Assembly: GCA_963836205.1 (NCBI GenBank)
Contig: CAWIIV010000008.1
Location: forward strand, 128,001 to 192,000
From: an uncultured Acidimicrobiia bacterium
GTDB lineage: Bacteria > Actinomycetota > Acidimicrobiia > Acidimicrobiales > AC-14
Length of the DNA: 64,000 bases
Direction: 5' to 3'
Below are positions 11,072 to 21,013 of the stretch, one piece after another. The notes under the pieces are model-generated. The model had not been told where the DNA came from and made no database searches. It saw nothing but the letters and a program-made list of their open reading frames with translations. Position 1 is the stretch's first letter. Every line of letters begins with the position of its first letter. The translations under genes and the position numbers were made by a program.

Positions 11072-12508
11072 GGCTCTCCTGACCACGATGTGGATCAGGA
11101 CGCCTCTTTCCAGACCACCCGCTCGTGCGGCAGCTTGATGTCGATGGGCCCGGCAGCGAGCATGACGAGGGCCAGGGCCGCGTCGGCGGAATGGAACCCG
11201 TACGCCCTGCGGATGATGAGGCGGACCTTGGTGTTGAAGCCCTCCACCCGGCCGTTGGAGATCCCGTGCTCGACGGCGTTGAGGATCATCTCCCGACGCT
11301 GGCGCATGGTCTTGGCCACCTTGACGAACGGCGCCAGCCGCGATCTCTGGGCTCGGGCGCACCACCGGTCGAGAAGCTCGCCCGCCTCGTCGCGGGTGAG
11401 GTCGCCGGCCAGGATGGCCCGGAACTGCTCCTTCATCTCATAGGCCCGCCACATCCCGCCCCGGTTGCGTCGGATGCGCTTGAGCTGGGCGGCCTGGGTG
11501 GTGGTCAGGTCCTCGGGGTTCTTCAGCAGGGCCCACCGGGCTCCCTTGAAGTCCTTGGCCCAGCGGTCGTCGGGAAGCCGGCGCAGCTGGTTCCACAGGT
11601 CCCGGCGGACCTCGTCGAGAGCGTCGCCCACCAGGCACACGAGGTGGAACGGATCGGCGCACACGATGGCCTGGGGAGCGTGTCCCTCGGCCTTGACGCT
11701 CTTGAGGTAGGCCGGGCCCAGATCCATGGAAATGGCGCTGAGCTGGGACGATCGCTCCGGCCCGAGCTCGTCGAAGAAGGCGTCGAGGGTCTTGGCGTCC
11801 TTGCCTTTGGCTCCCCAGACGACCCTGCCCCGGTCGTGGTCGACCACCAGCGTCAGGTAGCGGTGGTGCTTGCGCCAGGAGATCTCGTCGACCCCGATGC
11901 GGAACAGGCCGTCGAGGCGATGGTCGTCGAGCTCGCTCGCCACCACCCGTTCGCAGGCCCGTCCCACCGTCCGCCACGACACCCGGCACAGACGAGCGAC
12001 CGCCGTGCGGTCCATCCTCGTCGCCAGCCACGCCAGCAGGTCGTCGAGGTCCCGGGTGAGGTTCGCCCCCGGCCGGGCGAAGGGGACGGCCTCCACCACC
12101 ACGCCGTGGTCGGGGCAACGAAGACGGCGCAGGCTGGCCCGGACCTCCAGCCGCCAGGTGCCCAGGTCGAGGTGGCGCCACCACGACGGCGCCGGCCGGG
12201 TGTCGTAGCGGAACCGGGTCTTGAACCCGCAATGGGGGCAGACCAGCCGCCGCCGGCGCAGGGCCACGGTGACGATCACGATCGTGGTCAGGAACTCCAC
12301 GGCGACGACGTTGACGTCGTCGAGCCGAAGGAGGCGCTTGAATGCGGTGGTGACGCGCACGGGTTGAGGACCTCCCGGTTCAGGGGTGTGAGAAGTCCGT
12401 GAACCTTGGCCCGGCCCGTGCGCGTCACGCGGATACCGGAAGACCTGCTCAGCCAGCCACTACACGCCTGCCGGCTCCGATCCCATCCACACTTGGGTCA
12501 GGAGAGCC
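11072..12508 (-). mobile_element. ISL3-family insertion sequence, 1437 bp
   Basis: 24-bp imperfect terminal IRs GGCTCTCCTGACC-N4-TGTGGAT; 8-bp target duplication CCAAACTG at 11064-11071 and 12509-12516. Confidence 0.93.
11095..12360 (-). CDS. ISL3 transposase
   Basis: Zn finger CPHC...CPDH; IGVDE, ISMD, ADPFH, SNGRVEGFN; intact 421 aa. Confidence 0.95.
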   Translation of the reverse strand: MRVTTAFKRLLRLDDVNVVAVEFLTTIVIVTVALRRRRLVCPHCGFKTRFRYDTRPAPSWWRHLDLGTWRLEVRASLRRLRCPDHGVVVEAVPFARPGANLTRDLDDLLAWLATRMDRTAVARLCRVSWRTVGRACERVVASELDDHRLDGLFRIGVDEISWRKHHRYLTLVVDHDRGRVVWGAKGKDAKTLDAFFDELGPERSSQLSAISMDLGPAYLKSVKAEGHAPQAIVCADPFHLVCLVGDALDEVRRDLWNQLRRLPDDRWAKDFKGARWALLKNPEDLTTTQAAQLKRIRRNRGGMWRAYEMKEQFRAILAGDLTRDEAGELLDRWCARAQRSRLAPFVKVAKTMRQRREMILNAVEHGISNGRVEGFNTKVRLIIRRAYGFHSADAALALVMLAAGPIDIKLPHERVVWKEAS

Positions 12509-13024
12509 CCAAACTGCTCCCACGATCGGGCTACACTGGCCCTGACCAGGAGTTATGTGGGTCAGGCTCGGTTCTGCAAAGCCCTGTACAGCGGTTCGAT
12601 TCCGCTCGCCGCCTCGATGCAAAAGCGGCTGGTCAGAGCCGGTTTCCGGCCTGACTGGCAGTGCCCCTTCGCTGACCGCCAGATACCCCGATTCGTGTCC
12701 TGGGCGTGACCTTTTGCGCACTGCCGTGTGGCGGGGGCGTCCGGACGTAGTCGCTGTGCTGGTGTCAGCCCGCGACGACCCGAAGCAGACGTTGTCGTCG
12801 GCGCAGCGTGGGGGCTCGCGCTGCGTCCCCTCGCAGGCAACGCGCCTGCTCGCGCATCTCGAGCGCGACAGTCGCATGACGGGCGCGGGCGACATGGTTG
12901 GCAGGGCAGTCGCCGAGGAGCTCGCAGCCTCCCAGCGCCGGCGCGGCTGACAACCCCGTACCCGGTTCAGCTTGGCGTCGGCGCGTAGAAGGCCCTCCGC
13001 AGCGGGCTTGCCAGTCAAGTTCGC

Positions 13025-13384
13025 ATGCCGCCCGCCGACAACGACTCTGTGACCCTCGGCGTGACGGATCCGGCGCCAGTCTCCGCCCTGAGCACAGTCA
13101 TCTTCTGGACCGGGCTCGGCCTGGTCGGGTACTTCTTCTACCGGGGCATCTACCACGCGGTCTCGCCCAAACGGTGGGCCCCGCAGTGCGAGGAGTGCGG
13201 TCGCTTCGGCGTCCACCGGCGGAAATGCTCCCGGATCCCTTCGCCCTGCCCCGACTGCCACCAGGGTGCCGGTGACCACGGCCTCCTGTGCCCGTACGCG
13301 CCCCGGTGGGTGCGGGCGGCGGCGGTCGCCGCCTGGATCGGCCTCGTCGTCCTCAGGGCAGCGCTCCGCCACCTCCTCTTGTGA
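13025..13384 (+). CDS. Small two-TM protein with two CxxC-x4/5-H-x3-C motifs
   Basis: Hydrophobic segments flank CEECGRFGVHRRKC and CPDCHQGAGDHGLLC. Confidence 0.55.
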   Translation: MPPADNDSVTLGVTDPAPVSALSTVIFWTGLGLVGYFFYRGIYHAVSPKRWAPQCEECGRFGVHRRKCSRIPSPCPDCHQGAGDHGLLCPYAPRWVRAAAVAAWIGLVVLRAALRHLLL

Positions 13385-13438
13385 GCGGTGCTGCGGGGCC
13401 GCACGGCTACCAGCCGTCGAACCAGGGTGTTCAACACA

Positions 13439-13768
13439 TCAGCGTGATGCCATGCCGCCGGAACCAGTCCGCCCACGCCCGCCGCACCCGCGGTGGGAGC
13501 ACCAAGACATCCACTGGTCGGCCAGTACGTCAACGTCGATGAACCGCCGTACGTCATCCTCGGTGCCCTCCCGCAGAACAATCTCGTACACCCGATTCCG
13601 CTTGCGGATCGTCGAGGTCGTAGGTCCGTGGCGCCTCGCTGCTCCACTCCACCCAACGGGGAGTTGGACGAGGCCGCTCGCCTTCACGAGGCCGGGATCG
13701 CCAACGTCCTCCGGCACCGCGACCGGTCTCGAGTCAGGGCCGAGGAAACGAGACCGACCAGTCGTCAT
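13439..13768 (-). pseudogene. Degenerate small protein resembling partners of AbiEii-type nucleotidyltransferases
   Basis: RVYEIVLREGTEDDVRRFID motif; apparent frame disruptions; no partner gene nearby. Confidence 0.4.
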
Positions 13769-13945
13769 GACGCGATCCTAGGAAGGGACTCCGCCCCCGG
13801 GCTGCCGCCTGGGTCGCAACGAATGCCCGGACGCGAGGCAGGGTGCGGTCCGTGTTACTGGGTATGCGCCCCCGCCAAGCACACTGCTCTCGGGCATACT
13901 TCTTCCACTAGCATCGCTCTCGACGATGTTTCTTCCGCAATAGCG

Positions 13946-15455
13946 GTGTCCCGCCCCGCCTCGACCCCATGGCCGACCGCTCCTGGGTCGGTGTTCTTCG
14001 GTGACGTTGCCAGCGCTGCCGCGTTGTCGCGCGCCGTCAAGGCAAACCGAATTCGTCGTCTGGCGCGGGGCATCTACACGGCCGATCTACGGGCCGATCC
14101 GGCACAGCTCGTCGCGCGCAACCGATGGGCGATCGTCGCCCGGCTCCTCCCGGACGCCTTGCTCGCCGACCGCTCCGCGGCCGAAGGCGCGGTTCCGAGT
14201 GTCGGCGTCCTCACCGTGGTGTCGAGCGAGCGCGCAGAAGACATCGAGCTGCCCGGCCTCACGGTTCGTCCTCGGGCGGGGCCGGGACCGCTGGTCGACG
14301 ATCTGCCGTGGGCGTCCGGGCTGCGTCTCACCTCCGATGCCCGGACGCTGGTCGACAACCTCGCCGTGTCTCGCGGCCGGGGGCGCATCGCCCGGACGCT
14401 GTCACGGTCCGAGCTTGAGGACTGGCTGGTCCGGGCAGCCCAGCGGCGGCCCGACGGGTGGTTCTCAACCCTGCGGGCGCGCGCGGTCGAAATCTGCGAC
14501 GAGCTTGGCGTCCCGGACCGTTGGCGACTCGTCGAGGACGTCATCGGTGCCGCAGCGGGTACCCGGGAGGCACACGCCGGTGCCGGCGGGCTGCTGGCGG
14601 CACGGGCCGCGGGACACGAGTTCGACCCGGACCGGGTGGCACGGTTCGACGAGCTGGCTGCGTTCGTGACGGCGATCCCGGTCGGGCTCGATGTCCCGAC
14701 GGCGCTCTCCCGCGCTCCCGCACGAACACACGACCTCGTTGCCGTTCTTCGAGGCCTACTTCTCGAACTTCATCGCAGGCACGGAGTTCTCCATCGACGA
14801 AGCCGAGACGATCATCGCGTCGCGTGCAATACCCGAGGAACGTCCAGAGGACGCCCACGACGTGCTCGGCACCTACGAAGCCGTCGCCGATCCTGAACTT
14901 CGAGGCGCGGTCCCGGGCACCGTCGACGAGCTGCTCGAGCTCCTTGAACGCCGCCATCGCCTGGTCATGACCGGTCGGCCCGACAAGCGACCGGGCCGTT
15001 TCAAGAAGAAGCCGAACCAGGCCGGCTCCTACGAGTTCGTGGCCCCGGGGCTGGTGGAGGGGACGCTGGTCGAGGGATTCCGTCGCCTGGCCGATCTACC
15101 CGTCGGGCTTCCGCGGGCGGTCTTCGCACTCTTCCTCATCTCCGAGGTCCACCCCTACGACGACGGCAACGGCCGGGTCGCCCGCGCCGCCATGTGCGCC
15201 GAACTTACTGCCGCGGGCCAGGCGCGACTCGTCGTGCCGATCGTGTTCCGCGACGAACACCAGACCGCCCTCCGTGCCGCCTCCCGCGAGGGACGATTCG
15301 ACCTGTACCTGCGCACCCTCGGCTTTGCCTGGCGGTGGACCGCCGCCATGCCGTGGCAGGACCGTCCCGCCGTCGATGGCTACCTCGCCGGGACCAACGC
15401 CCTCGTCGACTCCACTGACGCCGAACGATCCGGGGTACGCCTGGAACTGCCGTGA
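13946..15455 (+). CDS. Fic-domain protein with N-terminal extension, frameshift ~14711
   Basis: Fic motif HPYDDGNGRVAR; FFEAYFSNFIAGTEF; N-terminal RRLARGIYT in the upstream frame. Confidence 0.85.
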
Positions 15456-15778
15456 GCAACCGGGTCGATCCCACTGCGCAGGCCAGCGAGGCCTCGGACT
15501 GGTCCGAACAGTTCGTTGCCGGGCACGTCGGGGTTGGGTCTGAGGAGGTACTCGGGGTAGGGAGTGGTGAACTCGTCCCGGGACAGCACGCCGTCGCCGT
15601 TGGTGTCGAACAGAACATCACCGTGAATCTGCCTCGCTCGACGTCGCGGCGGGCACGCACCTCGGTCGGTGTGGCACGGGGTGGTCGAATAGTCCGGTGA
15701 CGGCAACCCCACGTATCAGGGTCGCCGCTCGGTGCTCACAAGAGTGAAGCGTTGGAGAGCCGGAGCGGAGGCAGGGAA

Positions 15779-16060
15779 ATGGACCACATCGAAGCGCTGT
15801 GTCGGGGGTTCCTCCAGAACGCCGCCGCCCGCCAGTGGGCCGTCTCCCGGGTCGCCCCCGAGGCGCCCACCGCCGACTACCTCGCCGGCTACGGCGACGG
15901 GTGGGAGGCGGGCCAGGTGGCCGGTCTGGCACTGGCCCTGAGCGTCATCGTGGGTGGGTCGCCCAACCTTCTCATCGACCACGCCCTCAGCGGCGCCGCC
16001 GTCGACACCGCCTTCCCGTTCGACCTCTTCGTCGAACCGGCGTACCCCGAGGCCGCGTGA
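15779..16060 (+). CDS. Hypothetical protein
   Basis: ATG after GGAGGCAGGGAA; GC3-rich codons; stop overlaps the next start. Confidence 0.6.
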   Translation: MDHIEALCRGFLQNAAARQWAVSRVAPEAPTADYLAGYGDGWEAGQVAGLALALSVIVGGSPNLLIDHALSGAAVDTAFPFDLFVEPAYPEAA

Positions 16061-16245
16061 TGGCCCCCGACGACGAAGTCGTGCCCTGCCCCACCTGCTG
16101 GCTGCTGGCCGACCTCCTCCCGCCCTCGGAGGGCGACAGCCTGTACCGGTCGAGGTGTCCCCGCGGCCACGAGAACTCCCTGGCCCCGGTGGTCCTCGAC
16201 TACCTCGTCACGCTCCTCGGACCGGCCTTCCGCAAGTCCGCCTGA
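16060..16245 (+). CDS. Small zinc-ribbon-like protein
   Basis: MAPDDEVVPCPTCW...SRCPRGH; coupled to the upstream ORF. Confidence 0.55.
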   Translation: MAPDDEVVPCPTCWLLADLLPPSEGDSLYRSRCPRGHENSLAPVVLDYLVTLLGPAFRKSA

Positions 16246-16272
16246 GGCCAGCGCCGGTCGCCGGTCGCCGGA

Positions 16273-16665
16273 TCACCGGGCCGGGGCTAACCCGGGCGTG
16301 GGCGACGGCCGGCGAGCCCGCGAACTCGACGCACCGGTCGCCGGCGGGTCCGTCGCCGAGGTTCTCGAACGCTCGCCGGCGCCTAGAGGAGGATAGGGAC
16401 GACCACCACGTGCAGGTCGTCGATGAGCCCGGCCCGGAGATACTGCTGGACGGTGGCCGCTCCCCCGACGATCCGGACGTCGTTGCCGCCGGCGGCCTCT
16501 CGGCCTCGATGCCCCGGCGACGAAGTCGTCCCGCCCTCCATAGGCTGCGACGGACGAGGGTCCTGGGTGAGCACGGACACGGGGTGGTGGTACGGATGGT
16601 CTCCCCCCACCAGCCGGTCCTGTCGTCGTCCACCCCCGGCCCCCGGACTGGGCCGAACATGTCAC
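16273..16665 (-). pseudogene. RibD C-terminal / dihydrofolate-reductase-like remnant
   Basis: DMFGPVRG, GWWG, PYHHPV, IVGGAATVQQYLRAGLIDDLH spread over several frames; 5' end missing. Confidence 0.7.
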
Positions 16666-16719
16666 GAAGGCGAGCCCGTGATCGACATTCGCGGTGAACC
16701 CTTCGGCGGCCGCCGCCGG

Positions 16720-17469
16720 TCACCCCGGCGGGCGATGGCCCACGAACAGCTCCCGGGGCGTCCGGTCCTCGGTCGTCTCCTCGGTGACGGCGAGGGCGAC
16801 GAAGCCGGCCGCCACCAGCAGGCGCAGCCAGTCGTCTCGCCCGAACAGGCCCAGGCGGTGGGTCTCGTGCGCCACCTCCACCGGTCCGTCGACCGGGCGG
16901 AGGAGGAAGACGTACTCGGTGAGCGTCCACGTGTCGGCCGGGTCGGGATCCCACGACCACTCCAGGTACCGCACCCCCCGACGGTCGGCGCCGTCGTTGC
17001 CCCCGTGATCGGCCGACTGGACGAAGGTCTCGCGGGTCTCGTCGGGGACGAACACGGCGACGCCACCGGGGCGGCAGTGGACGAACGCGGTCGTGACGGC
17101 CTGGGCCAAGTCGTCCTCGCCGACCATGTAGTCGACCGCGTCGTGGACGAACACCGCGTCGAAGGCGCGCCCGAGGCGGACCGAGCGCATGTCGCCCTGT
17201 CGGTGCTCGCACTCCGGGTTCAGGCCGCGGGACACGTCGAGCATCCCGTCCGAGAGGTCGACCAGAGTCAGGGCGAAGTCGGATTTCAGGTGGACGGCGT
17301 TGTGCCCGCCGCCGCTGCCCAGCTCGAGCACCTCCCGGACAGGGATCGTCGCCGAGCGGAGCACGGACGCGACGAAGGCGGCCTCCTCGGCGTACTCCTC
17401 GGGCGGCGAGATCAACGGCCACCAGGAGGCCAGGTCGTCGTAGAACCGATGGGAGACCGCCTCCGGCAT
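16720..17469 (-). CDS. Class I SAM-dependent methyltransferase
   Basis: VLELGSGGG, LVDLS, QGDMR, FDAVFVHD. Confidence 0.9.
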   Translation of the reverse strand: MPEAVSHRFYDDLASWWPLISPPEEYAEEAAFVASVLRSATIPVREVLELGSGGGHNAVHLKSDFALTLVDLSDGMLDVSRGLNPECEHRQGDMRSVRLGRAFDAVFVHDAVDYMVGEDDLAQAVTTAFVHCRPGGVAVFVPDETRETFVQSADHGGNDGADRRGVRYLEWSWDPDPADTWTLTEYVFLLRPVDGPVEVAHETHRLGLFGRDDWLRLLVAAGFVALAVTEETTEDRTPRELFVGHRPPG

Positions 17470-17535
17470 CCACCCATCGTAAGGTCCCGACCGACCCCTC
17501 CTCATCGGTCGGAGGCGGCAGCGTAGGGTGTCGGC

Positions 17536-17736
17536 GTGACTCCGAAGAAGGGCATCCTCGGCACCGGCATGACGCTCGACATGGTGATGTGCCTCGTCCT
17601 GGTGGGCTTCGGCCTCGCCCTGTCGGTCGTGGCCGTCATCAACGGTGGCGTGTGGTTGCTGCTCCTGCTGCTGGGCGTCCTTCTCCTCGGCCTCGGCGGC
17701 GCCGGCGTGGTGCTGGCCTGGCGCAATCGGCTCTAG
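17536..17736 (+). CDS. Small two-TM membrane protein
   Basis: 66-aa ORF, almost entirely hydrophobic. Confidence 0.55.
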   Translation: MTPKKGILGTGMTLDMVMCLVLVGFGLALSVVAVINGGVWLLLLLLGVLLLGLGGAGVVLAWRNRL

Positions 17737-17766
17737 CCGGGTCCGGCCCCGTCCGTCAGGCCGGGG

Positions 17767-19371
17767 TCAACCGCCGAGCGCGGGGCTCAGGCACTGCAGC
17801 GCGCTCCTGAGGGCGGTCACATCCGCCCCACCCACGCTGACGCCGAGGGCGGTGAACAGCGGCGTCAGCACACTGCTGTCGACGTTGCCGAGGATGGCGG
17901 GGAGGGCCGCCAGCACCGCGGTCACGATCGAGCCACTGGACAGCCCGAGAGGGATCGCGCCGAGCACGGTGATGGTGCCCGTCGTGTAGGTCGTCAGGCC
18001 CTGGAGGCCGATCGGCTGCGAGCCGACATGCTTGGAGAAGGCCGGAGGGGCGAACTCGGCGGGGTAGGCGAACGTGAGGTTGGAGGGCGCCCCGTTCACC
18101 GTGGGGGTGAGGGTGGTGAGGCCGATGTCGAGGAGGGGAATGCCGAGGAGCCGCACCCGGAGGGTCGAGACCTGGGCCGTACCGGCAAAGGCGGTCGGGT
18201 CGACGGTGACGGTGATGCCCGAGCACGTGGCGGCGGTGAGCGTGCCGGAGGCACCGGCAAGAGTGAGTCGTACCGGCAGGGCGTTGGTGACGCTCAGGAG
18301 GGAGAGTCCGAGGGACAGGTTCAGGTTGAGGGTCGGCGTGACCGTCAACTGGATCTGGCCGGTCGAGACCGAACCGCCGACCGGTCCGATGTAGATCTGC
18401 GGTACCTCGAGGACCCTCAGGCTGAGGGCCGTGCTCGACACGTTGGGCACGGTGATGCCGACGTTGGTGAGCGTCAGGAAATTGCTGCCGTTGACCAACA
18501 GTGCCGAGCCAGTCACCAGCTGGAGCAGGTTGAGGGAGCTGCCCAGGGCCGCGTTCTCGCCCCCCTGGGCGACCTTGATCATGCCCCCGAGCGCCATTTG
18601 CACCGACGAGGTGGCGGCGATGCGCAAGGTGTTGAACAGGGTCGCGTTGGCGGTGTCACCCTGCAGGGTGAGGGTGTTGGCGGTCGCCTGGTAGAGCTGG
18701 GCGAGCGTCATGTTGGCGCTCAGCAGCTGGCTCACCGTCCCCACGCTGAAGCCCATGCTGGCCAGCTGGGTCTGCAGTGCTGTCACCCCCACCGTCCCGG
18801 TGGCCAGGCCCTGCCAGCTCACGAGCGAGAGGCTCAGGGCTCCGCCACCGATGGCCTGGCTGATCAGCGGGTTGAGGAGTGTCGACGACGACGTGTTGAG
18901 GCTGACCAGCGACGACCCGATGGTGAATCCGGCGAGGGGCTTGATCAGGCTGACCGACCTCCGGGTGACGGGGTCGCCACCGCCGACGAACGGGAAGGCG
19001 TTGTGGTGGGGTGAGGTAGCCGACACCCGCACTGCGGTCGCCGCCGCCAAGTTGGCCACCAGCGACGTGAAGGGGCCGAGGATGGTGGGCCCCCACTCGA
19101 CGGCGAGGGAGTAGCCGCTGGTCGCGTAGGGGAAGTTGTTGCGGGTGGCGCTGGCCCGGGCGGTGGAGGTGGGGTTGACGGGCAGGACCCGGGCCGCGTC
19201 GAGCGCGGCCATGTCGGCGACCAGCTGGTTCCTGCGGGCGGTCTGGGCCGCGGTTCCGAGGTCGATGGCCAGGCTGGCCGCCACCAGGACGACCACCATG
19301 CTCATCGCCGCCATGACCAGGATCGCGCCCCGCTCGTCGCGCTGGACGAAGCGCCTGCCAAGGCGCGCCAT
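17767..19371 (-). CDS. TadG-like pseudopilin / Tad-domain membrane protein
   Basis: Prepilin-like DERGAILVM + TM helix; AIDLG...QLVADMAALDAAR; Leu/Thr/Ser-rich body. Confidence 0.75.
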   Translation of the reverse strand: MARLGRRFVQRDERGAILVMAAMSMVVVLVAASLAIDLGTAAQTARRNQLVADMAALDAARVLPVNPTSTARASATRNNFPYATSGYSLAVEWGPTILGPFTSLVANLAAATAVRVSATSPHHNAFPFVGGGDPVTRRSVSLIKPLAGFTIGSSLVSLNTSSSTLLNPLISQAIGGGALSLSLVSWQGLATGTVGVTALQTQLASMGFSVGTVSQLLSANMTLAQLYQATANTLTLQGDTANATLFNTLRIAATSSVQMALGGMIKVAQGGENAALGSSLNLLQLVTGSALLVNGSNFLTLTNVGITVPNVSSTALSLRVLEVPQIYIGPVGGSVSTGQIQLTVTPTLNLNLSLGLSLLSVTNALPVRLTLAGASGTLTAATCSGITVTVDPTAFAGTAQVSTLRVRLLGIPLLDIGLTTLTPTVNGAPSNLTFAYPAEFAPPAFSKHVGSQPIGLQGLTTYTTGTITVLGAIPLGLSSGSIVTAVLAALPAILGNVDSSVLTPLFTALGVSVGGADVTALRSALQCLSPALGG

Positions 19372-19556
19372 CCGGCCGTCACCAGCGTTGGTCCTCAGCC
19401 TGACATCGTCCATATCCGGCGCTTTCGGCACGCGCCATTGGCGTCTTGAGACGGCGCCGGCAGACTGATCCGATCGACCTACGACCCGGCCGGTACGGTT
19501 GACGGCCGATGTGCGGGACGTCCTCTCTCCCTCCCGCGGGCGCATCCGGCGGCGCC

Positions 19557-20279
19557 GTGACCGTCGGCTACGACACCGAGTTGGCCCGCGCCCACCACGA
19601 GGGCTTCGGCCAGATCGCCCGGGAGGCGGCGGCCACGCTGCTCGTGGGCTTGGCCGACAGCGGCATCGTCACGGGGCTGGTGGTCGACCTCGGCTCGGGC
19701 TCGGGCATCCTCGCCCGGCTCGTCACCGACGCCGGGTTCGAGGCCCTGGGGTTCGACCTCTCCGAGGCCATGGTGACCCTGGCCGCGGCGCACGCCCCCG
19801 CCGCCCGCTTCGTCCGGGCACCCGTGCTCGACGCCGACCTCCCGGCATGCGTGGCCGTGACCGCCATCGGCGAGGTGTTCAACTACGCCTTCGACCCTCG
19901 CACCGACCTCGACCACCTGGGACCGCTCCTCCGGCGCATCCACCAGGCGCTGGAACCGGGCGGCCTGGCGCTCTTCGACGTCGCCGGCCCCGGTCGGTGC
20001 GGCCCCACCGGCCGGCGGGAGACGGTCGCCGAGTCCGACGGGTGGAAGCTCCGATCGGTCGCCGAGGAAGACCCGGACGGGTCGACCCTCGTCCGCCACA
20101 TCTCCCTCGTCGCGGCCGACGGCACCCACCACGAGGAGACCCACGTGCTCCGCCTGTACCGGCCCGACGACGTGGCCGAGGCGGTGGCCGGGGCCGGCTT
20201 CGGCGACGTCCGCCGGCTCGACCGCTACCGGCGGTTCGAGCTCCCGGCCGGCCTCCACGGGTTCCTGGCCCGGGCATGA
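19557..20279 (+). CDS. Class I SAM-dependent methyltransferase
   Basis: VVDLGSGSG, GFDLSEAM, ALEPGGLALFD. Confidence 0.88.
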   Translation: MTVGYDTELARAHHEGFGQIAREAAATLLVGLADSGIVTGLVVDLGSGSGILARLVTDAGFEALGFDLSEAMVTLAAAHAPAARFVRAPVLDADLPACVAVTAIGEVFNYAFDPRTDLDHLGPLLRRIHQALEPGGLALFDVAGPGRCGPTGRRETVAESDGWKLRSVAEEDPDGSTLVRHISLVAADGTHHEETHVLRLYRPDDVAEAVAGAGFGDVRRLDRYRRFELPAGLHGFLARA

Positions 20280-20893
20280 CCTCGACGGGGCTGGTCGCCG
20301 ACGACGACGGTGCCGTCCGCTGCCCGTGGGGGTCGGCCCCGCCCGAGTACCGCCGCTACCACGACGACGAGTGGGGCCGGCCGGTCGTCGACGACACCCG
20401 GCTGTTCGAGAAGCTGTGCCTGGAGGGGTTCCAGGCCGGCCTGTCGTGGCTGACCATCCTGCGCAAGCGGGACGCCTTCCGGCGGGCGTTCGCCGGCTTC
20501 GACCCCGCCGCCGTGGTCGCATTCGGCCCGCCCGATGTCGACCGCCTCCTCGCCGACGCGGCCATCGTCCGCCACCGGGGCAAGATCGAGGCCACCATCG
20601 CCAACGCGGGGGCGACACTGGCCGTCCAGGAGGCGGAGGGGTCGCTGGCCGCCCTCGTCTGGCGCTTCGAGCCCCCGGCCCGGCCGCCGCCGTCGACGCT
20701 CGGCGACCTGCCCACGAGCACCCCCGAGTCGGTGGCCCTCAGCCGGGAGCTGCGCCACCGGGGGTTCCGATTCGTGGGTCCGACCACGGTGTACGCGGCC
20801 ATGCAATCGCTGGGACTGGTCGACGACCACCTGGCCGACTGCCACGTCCGGGCGGCGGTCGAGGCCGAACGCAACACCCTCCGCCGGCCCTAG
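20276..20893 (+). CDS. tag: DNA-3-methyladenine glycosylase I
   Basis: RCPW, YHDDEWG, LEGFQAGLSW, FVGPTT, DHLADC. Confidence 0.95.
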   Translation: MTSTGLVADDDGAVRCPWGSAPPEYRRYHDDEWGRPVVDDTRLFEKLCLEGFQAGLSWLTILRKRDAFRRAFAGFDPAAVVAFGPPDVDRLLADAAIVRHRGKIEATIANAGATLAVQEAEGSLAALVWRFEPPARPPPSTLGDLPTSTPESVALSRELRHRGFRFVGPTTVYAAMQSLGLVDDHLADCHVRAAVEAERNTLRRP

Positions 20894-20946
20894 CCGCCAC
20901 TCCACAAGCACCGGAAAGCGGGACCGAAAATGTCCGAGAAAATGCT

Positions 20947-20989
20947 TGTGCACGGATTCACATGGGCGTACATTGTGAATGCATGCACA
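20947..20989 (+). promoter_or_regulatory. Two CRP/GlxR-like boxes upstream of whiB
   Basis: TGTGC-N6-TCACA (20947-20962) and TGTGA-N6-GCACA (20974-20989), each one mismatch from TGTGA-N6-TCACA; a -10-like TACATT lies between them. Confidence 0.65.
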
Positions 20990-21013
20990 AGCTCGCCTGC
21001 GCCGGGAGGTCGT

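Larger units (their letters stand above)
3394..12615. mobile_element. tRNA-Cys-integrated genomic island (~9.2 kb)
   Basis: Exact 42-bp direct repeat CTGCAAAGCCCTGTACAGCGGTTCGATTCCGCTCGCCGCCTC at 3394-3435 and 12574-12615; tyrosine integrase next to the tRNA. Confidence 0.93.

Noticed and set aside
3394-12615. Prophage or BREX call for the island
   Set aside because: No structural, terminase or replication genes, and no pglZ or methylase.
17767-19371. Orphan TadG-like gene as a new pilus system
   Set aside because: No other tad genes are adjacent; the rest of the locus may simply lie elsewhere.
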